A stretch of 64,000 nucleotides of DNA from the NCBI GenBank assembly GCA_964016885.1, contig OZ024744.1:25606001-25670000 (forward strand), given 5' to 3'. Within the stretch, counting starts at the first letter, position 1; each line of letters begins with the position of its first letter. Made by a program: the position numbers and the translations under genes. Below the pieces are notes generated by a model. It saw only the letters and a list, made by a program, of their open reading frames with translations, was not told the origin of the DNA and ran no database searches. Source of the stretch: Eledone cirrhosa (taxonomy: Eukaryota). This document shows, in pieces, positions 60,201 to 64,000 of the stretch.

Positions 60201-63200
60201 TTAATGGTTGTTAGTGGTTGTTAGTAGTTGTTAGTGGTTATTAGTGGTTGTTAGTAGTTGTTAGTGTTTGTTAGTGGTTGTTAGTAGTTGTTAGTGGTTG
60301 TTAGTGATTGTTAGTAGTTGTTAGTAGTTGTTAGTGGTTGTTAGTGGTTGTTAGTGGTTGTTAGTGGTTGTTAATGGTTGTTATTTGTTGTTAGTGGTTG
60401 TTAACGATTGTTAGTGGTTGTTAGTGTTTGTTAGTGGTTGTTAGCGGTTGTTAATGATTGTTAGTGTTGTTAGTGGTTGTTAGTGGTTGTTAGTGGTTGT
60501 TACTAGTTGTTAGAGCTTGGTAGTGGTTGTTAGTGGTTGTTAGTGGTTGTTAGTAGTCGTTAGTGGTTGTTTTGTGGTTGTTAGTGGTTGTTAGTGGTTG
60601 TTAGTGGTTGTTAGTGGTTGTTAGTGGGAGATAGTGAATGTTACTTGTTGTTAGTTGTTGTTAGTAGTTGTTAGTGGTTGTTAGTGGTTGTTAGTGGTTG
60701 TTAGTGGTTGTTAATGGTTGTTAGTGGTTGTTGGTAGTTGTTAATGATTGTTAGTGTTGTTAGTGGTTGTTAGTGATAGTTAGTAGTTGTTAGTAGTTGT
60801 TAGTGGTTGTTAGTGGTTGTTAGTGGTTGTTAGTGGTTGTTAGTGATTGTTATTTGTTGTTAGTGGTTGTTAGCGATTGTTAGTGAATGTTAGCGTTGTT
60901 AGTGGTTGTTAGTGGTTGCTAGTAGTTGTTAGAGATTGTTAGTGGTTGTTAGTGGTTGTTAGTGGTTGTTAGTGGTTGTTAGTGTTGTTAGTGGTTGTTA
61001 GTGGTTGTTAGTAGTTGTTAGTAGTTGTTAGTGGTTGTTAGTGGTTGTTAGTTGTTGTTAGTGGTTGTTAGTGGATGTTAGTAGTTGTTAGTGGTTGTTA
61101 GAAGTTGCTAGTGGTTGTTAGAGGTTGTTAGTGTTTGTTAGTGATTGTTATTGGTTGTTATTGGTCGTTAGTGGTTGTTAATGATTATTAGTAGTTGTTA
61201 GTGGTTGTTATAGTTGTTAGTAGTTGCTAGTAGTTGTTAGTGGTTGTTAGTGGTTGTTAGATGTTGTTAGTGGTTGTTAGTGGTTGTTAGTGGTTGTTAG
61301 CGGTTGTTAGTGGTTGTTAGTGTTGTTAGTGGTTGTTAGTGGTTGTTACTGGTTGTTACTAGTTGTTAGAGCTTGGTAGTGGTTGTTAGTGGTTGTTAGT
61401 GGTTGTTAGTGGTTGTTAATGGTTGTTAGTGGTTGTTAGTGGTTGTTAGTGGTTTTTAGTAGTTGTTAGTGGTTGTCAGTTGTTGTTAGTGGTTGTTTGT
61501 GGTTGTTATTTGTTGTTAGTGGTTGTTAGCGATTGTTAGTGATTGTTAGTGTTGTTAGTGGTTGTTAGTGGTTGCTAGTAGTTGTTAGAGATTGTTAGTG
61601 GTTGTTAGTGGTTGTTAGTGGTTGTTAGTAGTTGTTACTAGTTGCTAGAGGTTGTTAGTGGTTGTTAGTGGTTGTTAGTGGTTGTTAGTAGTTGTTAGTA
61701 TTTGTTAGTGGTTGTTAGTGGTTGTTAGTGATTGTTAGTGTTGTTAGTGGTTGTTATTGATCGTTAGTTGTTGTTAGTGAATATTAGTAGTTGTTAGTGG
61801 TTGTTAGTGGTTCTTAGTGGTACTTAGTGGTTGTTAGTGGTTGTTAGTGGTTGTTAGTAGTTGTTAGTGGTTGTTAGTGGTTGTTATTGATTGTCAGTGG
61901 TTGTTAGTGGTTGTTAGTAACTGTTTTTGGTCGTTAGTGGTTGTTAATGAATATTAGTAGTTGTTCGTGGTTGTTAGTGGTTGTTAGTGGTTCTTAGTAG
62001 TTGTTAGTGGTTGTTAGTAGTTGTTACTGGTTGTTACTGGTTGTTAGTGGTTGTTAGTGGTTATTAGTGGTTGTTAGTGGTTGTTAATGGTTGTTAGTTC
62101 ATGTTAGTGGATGTTAGTGGATGTTAGTAGTTGTTAATGGTTGTTAGTGGTTGTTAGTGGTTGTTATTGGTTGTTAGTGGTTGTTAGTGGTTGGTAGTAG
62201 TTGTTAATGTTTGATAATGGTTGTTAGTAGTTGTTAGTGGTTGTTAGTGCTTGTTAGTAGATTTCATTGGATGTTAGTGGTTGTTAGTGGTTGTTATAGT
62301 TGTTAGTAGTTGTTAGTAGTTATTAGTGGTTGTTAGTGGTTGTTAGTGGTTGTTAGTGGTTGTTAGTGTTGTTAGTGGTTGCTAGTGGTTGTTAGTGGAT
62401 GTTAGTGGTTGTTAGTGGTTGTTAGTAGTTTAGTAGTTGTTAGTGGTTGTTAGTGGTTGTTAGTGGTTGTTAATGGTTGTTAGTGGTTGTTAGTAGTTGT
62501 TAGTGGTTGTTAGTGGTTGTTAGTGCTTGTTAGTAGTTGTTAGTGGTTGTTAGTGGTTGTTAGTGGTTGTTAGTGGTTGTTTGTGTTTGTTACCGTTTGT
62601 GAGTGATTGTTAGTGTTGTTAGTGGTTGTTAGTGGTTGTTAGTGGTTGTTAGTGATTGTTAGTAGTTGCTAGTAGTTGTTAGTGGTTGTTAGTGGTTGTT
62701 ATTGATTGTGAGTGGTTGTTAATGGTTGTTAGTAATTGTTATTGGTAGTTAGTGGTTGTTTATGTTTGTTAGTAGTTGTTAGTGGTTGTTAGTGGTTGTT
62801 AGTGGTTGTTAGTGGTTGTTAGTGGTTGTTAGTGGTTGTTAGTGGTTGTTAGTAGTTGTTAGCGGTTGTTAGTGGTTGTTAGAGTTGTTAGTGGTTGTTA
62901 GTGGTTGTTACTGGTTGTTAGTAGTTGTTAGAGCTTGGTAGTGGTTGTTAGTGGTTGTTAGTGGTTGTTAGTAGTTGTTAGTGGTTGTTAGCGGTTGTTA
63001 GTGGTTGTTAGTGGTTGGTAGTGGAAGTTAGTAGTTGTTAATGGTTGTTAGTGGTTGTTAGTGGTTCTTAGTATTTGTTAGTGGTTGTTAGTAGTTGTTA
63101 ATGTTTGATAATGATTGTTAGTGGTTGTTAGTGGTTGTTAGTAGTTGTTAGTGGTTGTTAGTGATTGTTAGTGGTTGTTAATGGTTGTTAGTGTTTGTTA

Positions 63201-64000
63201 GTGGATATTAGTGGATGTTAGTAGTTGTTAATGGTTGTTAGTGGTTGTTAGTGGTTGTTAGTGGTTGTTAGTGGTAGTTAGTAGTTGTTAATGTTTGATA
63301 ATGGTTGTTAGTAATCGTTAGTGGTTGTTAGTGGTTGTTAGTGGTTGTTAGTGGTTGTTAGAGGTTGATAATGCTTGTTAGTAATGTTAGTGGTTGTTAG
63401 TCGTTGTTAGTAGTTGTTAGTGGATGTTAGTGTTTGTTAGTGGTTGTTAGTAGTTGTTAGTGGTTGTTAGTAGTTGTTTGTGGTTGTTAGTGGTTGTTAG
63501 TGGTTGTTAGTGGTTGTTAGTGGTTGTTAGTGTTGTTAGTGGTTGTTAGTGGTTGTTAGTGGTTGTTAGTGGGAGATAGTGGATGTTAGTTGTTGTTAAT
63601 TGTTGTTAGTAGTTGCTAGTGGTTGTTAGTGGTTGTTAGTGGTTGTTAGTGGTTGTTAATGGTTGTTAGTGGTTGTTAGTAGTTGTTAGTGGTTATTAGT
63701 GGTTGTTAGTAGTTGTTAGTGTTTGTTAGTGGTTGTTAGTAGTTGTTAGTGGTTGTTAGTGTTTGTTAGTGGGTGTTAGTGGTTGTTAGTGGATGTTAGT
63801 AGTTGTTAGTGGTTGTTAGTGGTTGTTAGTGGTTGTTAGTGTTTGTTAGTGGTTGTTAGCGGTTGTTAATGGTTGTTAGTGTTGTTAGTGGTTGTTAGTG
63901 AGTGTTAGTGGTTGTTAGTGGTTGTTAGTGGTTGTTAGTGGTTGTTAGTGGTTGTTACTGGTTGTTAGTAGTTGTTAGAGCTTGGTAGTGGTTGTTAGTG
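12201..64000 (+). repeat. Satellite array of 10-bp monomer AGTGGTTGTT (~5,200 units; continues past window end)
   Basis: Continuous single-orientation array. Common variants are AGTAGTTGTT, AATGGTTGTT, AGTGGATGTT and the 9-mer AGTGTTGTT. No insertion or inversion seen. Unit count is length divided by 10. Confidence 0.99.

Noticed and set aside
12201-64000. Satellite as a repetitive protein gene or CRISPR array
   Set aside because: The 10-bp period places TAG (plus) or TAA (minus) in frame about every 30 nt in every frame, and there are no unique spacers.

Overview
Eukaryotic repeat-rich genomic DNA with no intact host gene. The SINE family and microsatellite style suggest an octopus or other cephalopod, but this is inference from recall only. 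The first ~12.2 kb is a mosaic of (TA)n/(CA)n/(TACA)n microsatellites and decayed transposons: RTE and CR1-group LINE 3' ends, tRNA-derived SINEs, piggyBac-type and hAT-type MITEs, and a dense cluster of Penelope-like element (PLE) pieces. The PLE pieces include an RT fragment, a GIY-YIG C-terminal fragment, about eight intact-to-degenerate hammerhead ribozyme (HHR) motifs and several fold-back palindromes, most bounded by (TA)n. From ~12201 to the window end lies a ~52 kb strand-asymmetric satellite of the 10-mer AGTGGTTGTT. Its rare variant monomers reveal successive kb-scale duplications (offsets ~1.25, 3.52, 2.7, 5.03, 2.09, 4.12 and 3.455 kb). Most ORFs in the supplied track are microsatellite artefacts. 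All calls were made by eye with no database searches.
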